Below, in pieces: positions 1 through 9,319 of a DNA stretch of 64,000 nucleotides. The position numbers were made by a program, and so were the translations under genes. The stretch is from contig CAZMHO010000001.1 in the NCBI GenBank assembly GCA_964566085.1, positions 3,887 through 67,886 on the forward strand. The letters run 5' to 3'. This DNA is from an uncultured Thermotogaceae bacterium (GTDB lineage Bacteria; Thermotogota; Thermotogae; MWEM01). The notes under the pieces were generated by a model. The model was not told where the DNA came from, did no database searches, and saw only the letters and a program-made list of their open reading frames with translations. Positions within the stretch are counted from its first letter, which is position 1. Every line of letters starts with the position of its first letter.

Positions 1-706
1 AGTTCACGAGGATGCTGCCACCGGATTTCCGTACGTCCTTCACCGTGAGAGAAGGCTATATTTTCCTTCAAAGGCAACTTCCAATCTGGTTCAAAAAATG
101 TATAGCGGGTTACTTCTCGAACAGCACGCGATGAGCCCACACCGATACTTCTCTGATGCTTTTTTTCCGATGGGCGCAGACACCCTTCTGGACATCGGGG
201 CGGCAGAAGGGTTAATCTCCCTGGAATGGGTGGAAAGGGTTCGAGCGGTTATCCTCTTTGAACCCGACCCAATTTGGCGCGAGCCGCTGACGCTCACGTT
301 CGAACCCTGGAAAGACAAGGTAACCCTCATCCCGAAGGCCGCTTCCTCGCTTGATAACGATCTTTGTCAAACGGTAGATTCCGTTTTGCGAGAGCATCAC
401 GGTCCTATCCTGCTAAAAATCGATGTGGAAGGGGCAGAGGCAGTCGTTCTGAAAGGCGCCGAGAAAACGCTCCAAAAGCCGGAAACTCGGGTTGTTTGCT
501 GCGTATATCATCGAAAAGAGGACGCGGGGGATTTCGAACGATTCTTCTCAGAACGCGGGTACCGGACGGAAATCACAGACGGGTTTATACTCCCTTCGGT
601 CAAAGAGATGCAGAGCCCTCCCTATTTCCGCCGTGGAGTGATACGGGCCTGGAAGCCGTATCAAAACGAGGAACGGACTGATCACATAGAGAGAGATGAA
701 AAATAG
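1..706 (+). CDS. FkbM-family SAM-dependent methyltransferase (5' partial; frame open to window start)
   Basis: The ORF at 98..706 contains LLDIGAAEG (SAM-binding loop) and VLKGAEKTL, typical of Methyltransf_21/FkbM. The same frame has no stop back to nt 2, and the conserved motif lies too close to the annotated Met, so the gene probably starts upstream of the window. Confidence 0.55.
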   Translation, partial: VHEDAATGFPYVLHRERRLYFPSKATSNLVQKMYSGLLLEQHAMSPHRYFSDAFFPMGADTLLDIGAAEGLISLEWVERVRAVILFEPDPIWREPLTLTFEPWKDKVTLIPKAASSLDNDLCQTVDSVLREHHGPILLKIDVEGAEAVVLKGAEKTLQKPETRVVCCVYHRKEDAGDFERFFSERGYRTEITDGFILPSVKEMQSPPYFRRGVIRAWKPYQNEERTDHIERDEK

Positions 707-708
707 AG

Positions 709-1788
709 ATGGAATGGAAACCGGCTAAGATCAGCGTCATCCTCCCCATTTACAAAGCGGAACGCACACTCGAACGCTGTCTCGACAGCGTGATCGGGCA
801 AACCTACGCAAATCTCGAGATGATTCTCGTCGATGACGGTTCTCCGGATCGTTGCCCAGAGATTTGCGACAGGTACGCGCAAAAAGACGATCGTATCCGT
901 GTCGTCCATCAAACAAACGCGGGAGTCGGCGCGGCAAGAAACACCGGGATGTTCCGAATGACAGGAGATTACCTGTTTTTTGTCGATGCGGATGATTTTA
1001 TCATTCCGGACGCGATTGCGACGTTATCCGCCCAAGCCGCGAGGACCGAAGCGGATATCACGATCGGCAATGTCTGTGAATCCCGCGGAGGCAATCATTT
1101 CAAGAACGCCCCTTCTTTCTCGCGCGAGAAGATTGCGGCGGATGAGCATACCCTCCCGCAAGTGCGCTATGAACTCTTCTATGATCCTGGTTATGGAGTG
1201 ACCGTCTGGAACAAACTATACCGGACCGATCTTTTGCGGAAATACCGGATTGTCTTTGAGGAACAGTTCACGTTTTGCGAAGACCGCTTATTCAACACGC
1301 GGTGCTTTATCCGTCACCCCCACATCCAATTGGTAAACGCGTACACTTACTACTATTGCACGGAAGCCTCAACGATCACGAGATCAAAGATTCAAACCCC
1401 CATTGAGAAGAGCATAAAGACGGTTCATGATATTCGAGGTTATCTTGTGTCGAATCACGTTTTGGATAAGAACAAAGTTCTATTGGCGTGTTTTGTTTCC
1501 GGGCGAACAAACAAATTCGCTCGAAATTTTTCGATTCATAGCGAGCACGCTTTCCGGGAAATTCGGGAGTTTTTAGTCGCGTACAAAAAAAACGGAATCG
1601 TTACGCGATATCTCGGCGAAATCAGTTCGGGAAAGCATTTGGATGGCGCTAATCGAGAATCGTGGAAACGGTATGCGAGACACATATCGGGGTTATTGAG
1701 CCGAGGCGCTTACACGGCCGCGACGTCCATCTTGTTGCTTCGTTTCAAGACGCAAGAGAGGGGTAAAAACCGAACTGGGCCCAACTAA
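709..1788 (+). CDS. Family 2 glycosyltransferase
   Basis: The N-terminus ISVILPIYKAERTLERCLDSVIGQTY...ILVDDGSPD...FVDADD is the classic GT-A GT2 signature with a DxD motif. An RBS-like GAGAGATG precedes the start. Confidence 0.75.
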   Translation: MEWKPAKISVILPIYKAERTLERCLDSVIGQTYANLEMILVDDGSPDRCPEICDRYAQKDDRIRVVHQTNAGVGAARNTGMFRMTGDYLFFVDADDFIIPDAIATLSAQAARTEADITIGNVCESRGGNHFKNAPSFSREKIAADEHTLPQVRYELFYDPGYGVTVWNKLYRTDLLRKYRIVFEEQFTFCEDRLFNTRCFIRHPHIQLVNAYTYYYCTEASTITRSKIQTPIEKSIKTVHDIRGYLVSNHVLDKNKVLLACFVSGRTNKFARNFSIHSEHAFREIREFLVAYKKNGIVTRYLGEISSGKHLDGANRESWKRYARHISGLLSRGAYTAATSILLLRFKTQERGKNRTGPN

Positions 1789-1876
1789 AGTTGGGCGCTC
1801 CAATACCGGTGCCGAGGCGCTCCATAGAGTCGGTTCGTAAAAACTCTTGCCGCGGGAACCCCTTTTCAGAGTAACA

Positions 1877-1923
1877 AAAAAACATCTATTTCGAAAACAG
1901 GTTTCGTCAATAGATGTTTTTGT
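1877..1923. terminator. Bidirectional intrinsic terminator (for the GT2 gene on + and ssrA on -)
   Basis: A-run, then hairpin AACATCTATT–loop–AATAGATGTT, then T-run; reads as a stem followed by a U-tract in both orientations, immediately 3' of the tmRNA CCA end. Confidence 0.55.
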
Positions 1924-1925
1924 CC

Positions 1926-2277
1926 TGGTGGAGGCGGGGGGAATTGAACCCCCGTCCGAAAACGGTTCATAACAGGTTTCTACGTGTGTATCGCCTGATC
2001 ATTGTCGGGTTCCTTCAGTACAGGCGCAAACTGCAAAAACCCCAATCCCGTAGATGTCCTCGGATTCCCCGGGAGAGAAACCTGAGTGAGCCCGAATTGC
2101 TCACGCCCTTACGAAATGTCTCGAGCTAAACGTTTCGCAGGACGGCAACTTACATTAAGCTGCTAACGCAAATTCTGGTTCGACATTTGTCGATGTTCCG
2201 CCTTTTTAATGAGGCATGCGGAGACCTCAACACGCTTCCCGTTAATCTTCCGTCCCCGTCGAACCCTTTTCGCCCCC
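1926..2277 (-). ncRNA. ssrA: tmRNA (SsrA), about 352 nt
   Basis: Minus-strand 5' end GGGGGCGAAAAGGGTTCGACGGGGA matches the tmRNA acceptor/D-like start. An internal tag ORF ends ...GAA TTT GCG TTA GCA GCT TAA (…EFALAA-stop). The 3' end GGACGGGGGTTCAATTCCCCCCGCCTCCACCA is a T-arm plus acceptor with encoded CCA. Confidence 0.85.
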
Positions 2278-2889
2278 ATATGCGTATATACCGACTCCGC
2301 GCAAGAATTCCGAGAGTGACTCGGGGCTATGAAACTGGTGGCATAGTATACCATACATTTCGGCTATTTCTAAGTTTTCTGGACGATCGTCGATATAGAT
2401 CGTCTCTTTCGGGTTTAATCGGTATCTATCCAAGAGCAGGTCGTAGATCTGTTTCTCTGGTTTGACGGTTTTGACTTCGTAAGAAACGATCTTGCCGTCA
2501 ATCTTACCAAAGAAAGAGTACTCTTTCGAAATCTTTAGAAACCCTCGTTTCCCAAAATTGGATAACAAGTAGATACAATACCCGGACTCTTTGAGCGCGG
2601 AAAGGATATCACTCGTCCCTTCGATGAGAGAAAACACTTCGTGAATCCAATGATCGGAGATATAGGCGATTCCAGCACGAAGCTCGGGATGCTTTTCGGA
2701 TAGATGCCTAAAAACGGTTTCTTCTTCGATCGTCCCCCGGTCTAGCTCTATCCATTGCTCCGCATCGAAAACACGACGAACGAGTTCGCCTTTTTGATCT
2801 GAAAACGGGCTCCGATCAAGAAACCCTACCGGATCATACCGAACTAGGACATTTCCTATGTCAAAGACGATGTTTTTGTACCGTTTCAT
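2242..2889 (-). CDS. HAD-superfamily hydrolase
   Basis: N-terminal IVFDIGNVL (DxG motif I) and later YLLSNFGK / IDDRPEN motifs. The last ~12 codons overlap the tmRNA 5' end. Confidence 0.65.
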   Translation of the reverse strand: MKRYKNIVFDIGNVLVRYDPVGFLDRSPFSDQKGELVRRVFDAEQWIELDRGTIEEETVFRHLSEKHPELRAGIAYISDHWIHEVFSLIEGTSDILSALKESGYCIYLLSNFGKRGFLKISKEYSFFGKIDGKIVSYEVKTVKPEKQIYDLLLDRYRLNPKETIYIDDRPENLEIAEMYGILCHQFHSPESLSEFLRGVGIYAYGGEKGSTGTED

Positions 2890-3356
2890 AGCGCCCGTTT
2901 CTCCTCCGATGAGAATTTTTTCGCGATGACGTCCAAAATGCCGTTTACGAATTTTCCGCTTTTATCTGTTCCGTAGGCTTTGGCGATCTCAACGGCCTCA
3001 TTGAGAGTAACCTCTATCGGAACGAATTCTTCAAAGAGGAGCTCATAGGTTGCCAAACGCAAGATGTTTTTATCTACCGCCAATAATCGTTCCCACGACC
3101 AATTCAGGATGTTGGCTTTAATGATGCCATCGATCTCTTCCAAGTGCGCGTAGATGCGATCGACATAGTGCGTAATTTCCTTCTCCAAACCCGTGAACTG
3201 ACCCGGCTCCTCTTCGGATATGCTCGACAGGATCATCCCGATCTCTTCCGTCTTGCTGCGGTTACCGAAATCGATAGAAAAAAGCACTTTGAACACGGCT
3301 TCTCTCAGCTTTCTTCTACCAGCGCTTCTTTGTTTCTCCTGCCGATCATTCTCCAT
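2886..3356 (-). CDS. nusB: Transcription antitermination factor NusB
   Basis: REAVFKVLFSIDF...ATYELLFEEF...AKAYG are NusB family motifs; ATGA overlap with the downstream gene. Confidence 0.85.
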   Translation of the reverse strand: MENDRQEKQRSAGRRKLREAVFKVLFSIDFGNRSKTEEIGMILSSISEEEPGQFTGLEKEITHYVDRIYAHLEEIDGIIKANILNWSWERLLAVDKNILRLATYELLFEEFVPIEVTLNEAVEIAKAYGTDKSGKFVNGILDVIAKKFSSEEKRAL

Positions 3357-3357
3357 T

Positions 3358-3864
3358 TTATCCCTTAACCTCGAATCCCCTAACTTTAATAGACGGGTGT
3401 ATCCCGGTCATCTCACCGATGTTTTCTTTAATCGACGTTTCGATTTTCGAGCGGATCTCCTTCAATAGTTCCGACAACGAGAAGGGATCGTTGACGTCCA
3501 ACTCAACGATTAAGTCCGTTATACCCGCGAATTTCGACTTTTTGAAGGTTACTTTCTCTAATCTGACGCCGTCAAATCCTTCGAGTATCTTGTTAACAAG
3601 CTTCTTAAACACATCGGCGGAGACAAAGGCATCCAAGTCTTCCGCTTGGAAAACCGACAGAAAACGTTCTCGTTTCGTCCGCCCCCACCAAACCAGAGCG
3701 ATCCCGCCCGCAGTAAGCGCAACACGAAAAAGCGCGCTTGCCCAATGGTTTTCTGCGAACCATTTTGCCCAACCAAAGGGGAAGGAAACGATCCAGAAGC
3801 CGCAACTGATGAAAACAATCGCCATTCCCGCTATCGTCACCCATCTCACGATAACTCTGTTCAT
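3358..3864 (-). CDS. Asp23-associated membrane protein (AmaP-like), two TM helices
   Basis: TM segments IAGMAIVFISCGFWIV and ALTAGGIALVWWG, then a soluble domain. Sits directly downstream of the Asp23 gene. Likely start is the ATG at 3864 (RBS AAGGA); the track ORF extends to 3906. Confidence 0.4.
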   Translation of the reverse strand: MNRVIVRWVTIAGMAIVFISCGFWIVSFPFGWAKWFAENHWASALFRVALTAGGIALVWWGRTKRERFLSVFQAEDLDAFVSADVFKKLVNKILEGFDGVRLEKVTFKKSKFAGITDLIVELDVNDPFSLSELLKEIRSKIETSIKENIGEMTGIHPSIKVRGFEVKG

Positions 3865-3868
3865 CGCG

Positions 3869-4312
3869 TTATCCTTTGTTTTCGGGTTGCTCACCGGGTT
3901 CGTCATCGGAGAAAGTGGGTATCTGAGAATCCTCTTTTAGCATCAACTCCACATCCAAAACGGTGATCATAACCTTTTCGACTTTAATCAAACCGGTCAT
4001 GCCTTCCACTTCTTCCTTGATCGTCCTTTGGATTTTTTCCGCCACCTCTCGAATGCTTTTATTCAGCAGGAGCTTTGTGCTGACTGAGATCGAGACGGTG
4101 TTCTCGTTGCCTTTTCTATCCATCGAGACGGCTTTTTTCTCTTTCTTCTGGTCTTTGACGATTTCTTCTATCTTACCTAGAGCGACATTTATCAAATCCA
4201 GTATAACGGAGTCCGCGATTTCTATGGTTCCGTACTGCGTCTGTTTACCGGGCAACGTTTGTGGCTCTTCTTTCACCGGTGAAGGGGATACTGGCATTTT
4301 TTCTTCTTCCAT
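3869..4312 (-). CDS. Asp23/Gls24-family alkaline-shock/envelope-stress protein
   Basis: GTIEIADSVILDLINVALGKIEEIV and later EVEGMTGL resemble Asp23/YqhY. Its position upstream of nusB mirrors B. subtilis yqhY-nusB. Confidence 0.6.
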   Translation of the reverse strand: MEEEKMPVSPSPVKEEPQTLPGKQTQYGTIEIADSVILDLINVALGKIEEIVKDQKKEKKAVSMDRKGNENTVSISVSTKLLLNKSIREVAEKIQRTIKEEVEGMTGLIKVEKVMITVLDVELMLKEDSQIPTFSDDEPGEQPENKG

Positions 4313-4342
4313 TTTAACACCTCCGTATTTTATTCGCTTGTT

Positions 4343-5431
4343 TCACACGATGATAAAGTCGGTCGGAAAATTGGTTAAGACTTCGGTGGCTTCCTCTCCA
4401 AGAAAAACGTCGTTTTCTATACGAACGCCAAAACGATTGGGCAAGTAGACGCCCGGTTCGATCGTAACGATTGAACCTGCGGGTAACGGATTCTGATTCG
4501 CTTGCGAGACACGCGGCTCCTCGTGCACATCCAGTCCGATGCCATGGCCTAAACCATGCCCGAAGTACTCCCCATACCCCTTATCTGAGATGATCTCGCG
4601 GGCGATCGTATCGATGTCCTTTCCACTCATTCCGGCTTTGGCGGCGCGTTCCGAACGGTTTTGCGCTTCTTTGACGATATGATAGACGGAGATCATCTCT
4701 TCGCTGGGTTTTCCAAAAGCAATCGTCCGGGTGATATCCGAGCAATACCCGTCTAAGTAGCAACCGAAATCGAATACGATGAGTTCTCCTTTTTCGATCT
4801 TCTTTTCCGAAGCGACGCCGTGAGGCAACGCGCCTCTCCATCCGGAGGCGACAATCGTGCCGAAGGCTTTGTCTTCGGCGCCCAGTTTCATCATTCGAAA
4901 CTCCAAAGTCGTCGCCACTTCTTTTTCGGTCATCCCTTCCCGCAATTCTCCGATGACTTCACGGAAGGCGGCGATCGCGATTTTATTTGCTTCGACGACT
5001 TTTTTCTTCTCCGTATCGGACTTAGAGCAACGAATCGATGAGATCAGACCGTCGACGGGTACCCATTCCGTTTCCGGCGGTAAATCGGTTTTTAATGCGT
5101 CGAAAAAGTCTACCGTGACGGCCTTCGATTCAAACCCGACTCTCTGATAGCCCTGAAAGTAGCGCGCCACAAAGGACCTCGCGTTCGATTCCTTAATCTT
5201 TTCGAAGGTAAGCGGCGACTGAGCTTGAGTTTGTTCCCAATAACGAGAATCCGTAAAGATTATCTGTCTGTCGCGGGCGATCAACACATAACCGGCGGAG
5301 CCGGAAAAATTGCTGAAATAGCGCACGTTTTTTGTAGAATGTTCTTCCGTCGCCAACATCACGGCGTCGATCGATTGCTCTTTCATCGACGCCAACAGCT
5401 TGCTTACGCGAATTTCTATCTCTTCTTTCAT
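4343..5431 (-). CDS. Xaa-Pro aminopeptidase / M24B metallopeptidase
   Basis: The pita-bread fold metal ligands HGLGHGIGLDVHE and IEPGVY, plus an N-terminal creatinase-like domain. Confidence 0.8.
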   Translation of the reverse strand: MKEEIEIRVSKLLASMKEQSIDAVMLATEEHSTKNVRYFSNFSGSAGYVLIARDRQIIFTDSRYWEQTQAQSPLTFEKIKESNARSFVARYFQGYQRVGFESKAVTVDFFDALKTDLPPETEWVPVDGLISSIRCSKSDTEKKKVVEANKIAIAAFREVIGELREGMTEKEVATTLEFRMMKLGAEDKAFGTIVASGWRGALPHGVASEKKIEKGELIVFDFGCYLDGYCSDITRTIAFGKPSEEMISVYHIVKEAQNRSERAAKAGMSGKDIDTIAREIISDKGYGEYFGHGLGHGIGLDVHEEPRVSQANQNPLPAGSIVTIEPGVYLPNRFGVRIENDVFLGEEATEVLTNFPTDFIIV

Positions 5432-5461
5432 CTCTATCCTCCGTTCATTGCATTATAAAGA

Positions 5462-6070
5462 TTATAACACATCTTGATCCAGCGTTGAATGCGGTCCATC
5501 CTTTTCAAGCCCGCCTTCCTCGCTCTCTGATTCATCTGGAGGCGCCTCACTCTCTGCTTCGGCAATCTCTTCGTCCGGGGGCAGTTTATACACGTTGAGT
5601 TCTTCATCCGACAGATGGAACAGATCGTAGAACAACTCCGTAATACTGTAAGCGAATGGTCTCCCGGGTCCTTTCGCCCGCTTTCGCCGTACCAACCCCA
5701 TGGCGAGAAGCTCGACGACCTGGTTATCAGATCCCTTCCCGCGAATTTCGTCGACCTGCGATTTTTTAACCGGCCCTTTCTTCGCGATGACCGCGAGGAC
5801 TTCCAATTGACTTGGCGTCAACTTTTCCATCGGACGTATCACCAGTTTGGCGACGGATTCCGCATACTCCGGTTTCGTGTAGAACGAATAGAGTTTTCCG
5901 ACGCGCTCCAGTTTCACCCCGTGCTCTTCATGAGCGAATTTTTCTCGTAGCTCTTCGAGCAGGCTTTGTGTTTCCGACTTTGCGCTTTCGGAAATCTGAG
6001 AGAGCTGATTTAAATCGATCCCTTTCTTTGAGGCAAAAAGAAGGGCCTCGATCATGGCAACTTTGTTCAT
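5462..6070 (-). CDS. scpB: Segregation and condensation protein B
   Basis: MIEALLFASKKGIDLNQL...LEVLAVIA winged-helix repeats and an acidic C-terminal tail. Start overlaps the rnfB stop (ATGA). Confidence 0.8.
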   Translation of the reverse strand: MNKVAMIEALLFASKKGIDLNQLSQISESAKSETQSLLEELREKFAHEEHGVKLERVGKLYSFYTKPEYAESVAKLVIRPMEKLTPSQLEVLAVIAKKGPVKKSQVDEIRGKGSDNQVVELLAMGLVRRKRAKGPGRPFAYSITELFYDLFHLSDEELNVYKLPPDEEIAEAESEAPPDESESEEGGLEKDGPHSTLDQDVL

Positions 6071-6357
6071 TTCGGTCGGCTATCGAGGATGGCCTTTACT
6101 TTCTCCGGAACGCCGGATTTTCGGCCAGGCACGCATCCATCGGCCTTGGCTGTTCCTTTGATGATTTCTTTAGCGAACCCTTCGCACCCCGGAAAACCGC
6201 AAGCGCCGCAATTCGCGCCCGGAAGGGCGGCGGTCACTTCTTTCACTAAAGGATCTTCTTTCACTTCGAATTTTTTCGCCGCGAAGGCTAAAAAAATCCC
6301 GGAAGAAAAACTGATCACTCCGAGGAGGATGATGGTGTATAAGAAGACTGTCATCAC
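6067..6357 (-). CDS. rnfB: Rnf complex subunit B, minimal form (TM anchor plus one Cys cluster, no polyferredoxin domain)
   Basis: N-terminal TM helix, then CGACGFPGCEGF...C, the RnfB N-terminal Fe-S motif. Only 96 aa, ending where scpB starts. Confidence 0.6.
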   Translation of the reverse strand: MMTVFLYTIILLGVISFSSGIFLAFAAKKFEVKEDPLVKEVTAALPGANCGACGFPGCEGFAKEIIKGTAKADGCVPGRKSGVPEKVKAILDSRPK

Positions 6358-6365
6358 GAATCACC

Positions 6366-6941
6366 TCACAACTTGATCATGCCGCTGAACCCCATAAAGG
6401 CCATCGACATGAGTCCCGCCGTAACCAAAGCGCCGGAAAACCCTTTGAAAGGTTCCGGAATTTCCGCCAAGTCCATTTGCTCCCGAATACCTGCGAAAAG
6501 AATCATGGACATTCCATACCCAACACCGGCTCCCAACGAGTTAAAAACCGTTTCAAGCAGCGAATAATGGCTCTGTACGTTAATGAGGGCCAGACCGAGG
6601 ATGGCGCAGTTCGTGGTAATGAGCGGCAGATAGATACCTAAAGCTTGATACAAAGCCGGCGAGCTTTTCTTCAAGAATATTTCCACGAACTGAACCAGGA
6701 CGGCGATGACGAGGATAAAGACGATGGTGGTTAAAAAACCGATTCCCAAAGCCAACAATAACCCGTTCAGCAACCAGGTGATAATGCTGGCCAGCATCAT
6801 GACGAAGATGACTGCCATTGTCATACCTGCCGCCGTGTCTATCTTTTTCGTGACACCTAAGAACGGGCAGATTCCCAGGAATTTTTGGAGCACGAAATTA
6901 TTAACAAGAATGGCCGCGAAGAAGATCATAAAGACTTTCAT
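6366..6941 (-). CDS. rnfA: Rnf electron-transport complex subunit A
   Basis: Polytopic membrane protein; ILVNNFVLQKFLGICPFLGV is the RnfA/NqrE signature. Confidence 0.85.
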   Translation of the reverse strand: MKVFMIFFAAILVNNFVLQKFLGICPFLGVTKKIDTAAGMTMAVIFVMMLASIITWLLNGLLLALGIGFLTTIVFILVIAVLVQFVEIFLKKSSPALYQALGIYLPLITTNCAILGLALINVQSHYSLLETVFNSLGAGVGYGMSMILFAGIREQMDLAEIPEPFKGFSGALVTAGLMSMAFMGFSGMIKL

Positions 6942-7624
6942 GCTTTCTCACCCGCCTGAACCGCTTTTAACGCTTCGGCTCTCTTTTTCTCCGCTTTCCT
7001 TCTTTCGATCCCGATCCAGTTAAAGAGCGCAAGTAAAAGACCCAGCGTTATGAAAGCGCCGGGAGGAAGGATCACAAGGAAAATTCGAAAGGCTTCTCCC
7101 CAAACGGTCACGCCGAAGACCGTTCCATTACCCAACAGTTCTCGGATCGATCCGACGAGTACTAACGCGCCGATGAATCCGATACCGTTTCCGATGCCAT
7201 CCAAAACGGAGTCGGCGACTTTGTTCTTGCTGGCGAACTGCTCCGCGCGCGCCATAATGATGCAGTTGACGACGATCAGCGGAATAAAGATACCGAGCGT
7301 TTTCCAAAGTTCGTAGGTGAAGGCATGCATCAATAGATCGATGATCGTGACAAAGCCGGCGATGATGATGACAAAAACGGGAATCCGGATTTTATCTGGG
7401 ATCCATTTCCTTACCAGGGATAACATAACATTTGACATCACTAAAACGAAGAGCGTGGCGACGCCCATTCCCAACCCGTTTATCGCGCTGGTCGTCGTCG
7501 CCAGCGTCGGACACATGCCGATTACTTGGATAAAGACCGGATTGTTCGCTATAACGCCGTCGGTGAAGACAGAAAAGTCAACGGTTTTTTTTCGCGGCGC
7601 GGAATTCAACGTTTTGTCTGCCAT
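6938..7624 (-). CDS. rnfE: Rnf complex subunit E
   Basis: ANNPVFIQVIGMCPTLATT is the RnfE/NqrD signature. Probable start is MADKT (ATG overlapping the rnfG stop as TAATG). Confidence 0.85.
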   Translation of the reverse strand: MADKTLNSAPRKKTVDFSVFTDGVIANNPVFIQVIGMCPTLATTTSAINGLGMGVATLFVLVMSNVMLSLVRKWIPDKIRIPVFVIIIAGFVTIIDLLMHAFTYELWKTLGIFIPLIVVNCIIMARAEQFASKNKVADSVLDGIGNGIGFIGALVLVGSIRELLGNGTVFGVTVWGEAFRIFLVILPPGAFITLGLLLALFNWIGIERRKAEKKRAEALKAVQAGEKA

Positions 7625-8340
7625 TATTCGACACCCCATTCTGCGTTTAGGTACTCGGTCATTGTATTAATCGCGTTCGCTACGGCGCGGGGCGTGATGG
7701 TTGCGCCGGTCATCAGATCGCTAACATAGACGACCCCGTCTTTTTTTGACCCGATTATCGCCTCTGGAGAAGATAGGGAACCGATTCCCGCGTCTTTATC
7801 CACTTTCAGCCCCTTGATCAGACTATCGGAAGAAAAGTCGAAGAACCGTTCTTTAACTCTTTGTTCGGAGATTTTCGCGCCTAAGCCTGGCGTCTCTTGT
7901 GAATAGTCCATGACCTCTAATCGGAAAAGATCAAATCCATCCCCCTCTTTTATAAAAGACGCCAGGATCTTCACGTTACCCCCGTATCCGGAAGCCGCGC
8001 CGGATACAATCGCGATCTCCTTGCCCTCGTTTGAAAGGATATGGTAGATCGGATTATAGATGAGCCCTTTCCAATCGGAAGAGGAAAACATCGTTTCCTT
8101 ATCGGTCTTTCGCCAAACCAATTTTTGCAACTGGGCTGTCGATGTCGGGATTTCCGGTTCCGGAACGATGTATTGCCCCGTGTCCGGATCGGTTAAAACC
8201 GTTTTCATCGCTCTCAACTGGTTGCTCAGATCGGCTTTTTCTATAGGAGCTTTCGTCAGTACGTAGATACCGGCTAACAGCACGCCAACGACCAGCGTAA
8301 AGGCCATCAACGTGAGACCGGTTTTGACGTAGTTACCCAT
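7624..8340 (-). CDS. rnfG: Rnf complex subunit G (FMN-binding)
   Basis: An N-terminal TM anchor and a SGATITPRAV-type covalent-FMN threonine motif (TGATITPRAV). Confidence 0.8.
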   Translation of the reverse strand: MGNYVKTGLTLMAFTLVVGVLLAGIYVLTKAPIEKADLSNQLRAMKTVLTDPDTGQYIVPEPEIPTSTAQLQKLVWRKTDKETMFSSSDWKGLIYNPIYHILSNEGKEIAIVSGAASGYGGNVKILASFIKEGDGFDLFRLEVMDYSQETPGLGAKISEQRVKERFFDFSSDSLIKGLKVDKDAGIGSLSSPEAIIGSKKDGVVYVSDLMTGATITPRAVANAINTMTEYLNAEWGVE

Positions 8341-9319
8341 TCTTCTTCACCTCCGGAGCGACGTAACCAAAAGGTTTCGGTCTGGAAATCCTGTCAATCA
8401 ACGGTTTGCATGCGTTCATGATGAGTATGGAAAAAGATACGCCTTCGGGCAGAGCGCCAAAAAACCGGATGAGCATCGTTATGATCCCACACCCGATCCC
8501 GTAGATGAAAGCGCCTTTCATCGTAGCGGGGGAAGTGACCATGTCGGTGGCCATAAACAGCGCGCCGAGGATAAGCCCTCCGCCTAACAGGTGGAAAACT
8601 GGAGAACCGAATTGGCTCGGGTTGATCAGGAAGAATAAGAAAGAGAAGAGCAAAACCGTTCCGATGTACGCAATCGGAATGATCGGATTCACGCGTTTTC
8701 TCCACAAAAGAAAGGCGAAACCGATGATTAACGCCAAAGCGCTGACTTCTCCCAGGCAGCCCTGTGTGTTCCCGATGAACATATCCAGCAATGACACCTG
8801 TTTGGCAGCTTCTTCAAAGCCTCTCTGTTTAAGGATACTCAGTGGCGTCGCGGAGGTAATCACCGTGGATACGGCGTTGTTCAGCGGAGCCCAAACCGAC
8901 ATCTGAACGGGAAAAGAGATAACAAGGAAGACGCGCCCGATGAGCGCCGGGTTGAAGGGGTTGTTTCCGATACCGCCATAGGTATGCTTCGCGATTCCGA
9001 TCGCCACGAGAACGCCGATGATCAGCAAGTACCAGGGAAAGGAAGCGCTGACGTTCATCGCCAGTAACAAACCGGTCACCGCGGCGCTGCCGTCCGGGCG
9101 GAAGTCCGTTTTTTTTCTCAAAAACCGCATAATCCCGTACTCTATCAGCTCTGCGCTTAACGCCCCGATCACACAGAGCCACAAAGCGTTCCACCCGAAG
9201 GCGTATACGGCGAAGACGACGGCTGGGATCAGAGCGATTAAAACGTCTCGCATGATTTTCGGAACCGTATCTTTGACGCGAATATGAGGCGCAGGAGAAG
9301 TGCTCAGAAACGTGGCCAT
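8333..9319 (-). CDS. rnfD: Rnf complex subunit D
   Basis: NqrB/RnfD-like polytopic membrane protein with an FMN-binding motif (GGG...ATDMVTSP). Start taken at MATFL (ATGA overlap with the rnfC stop). Confidence 0.85.
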   Translation of the reverse strand: MATFLSTSPAPHIRVKDTVPKIMRDVLIALIPAVVFAVYAFGWNALWLCVIGALSAELIEYGIMRFLRKKTDFRPDGSAAVTGLLLAMNVSASFPWYLLIIGVLVAIGIAKHTYGGIGNNPFNPALIGRVFLVISFPVQMSVWAPLNNAVSTVITSATPLSILKQRGFEEAAKQVSLLDMFIGNTQGCLGEVSALALIIGFAFLLWRKRVNPIIPIAYIGTVLLFSFLFFLINPSQFGSPVFHLLGGGLILGALFMATDMVTSPATMKGAFIYGIGCGIITMLIRFFGALPEGVSFSILIMNACKPLIDRISRPKPFGYVAPEVKKNG

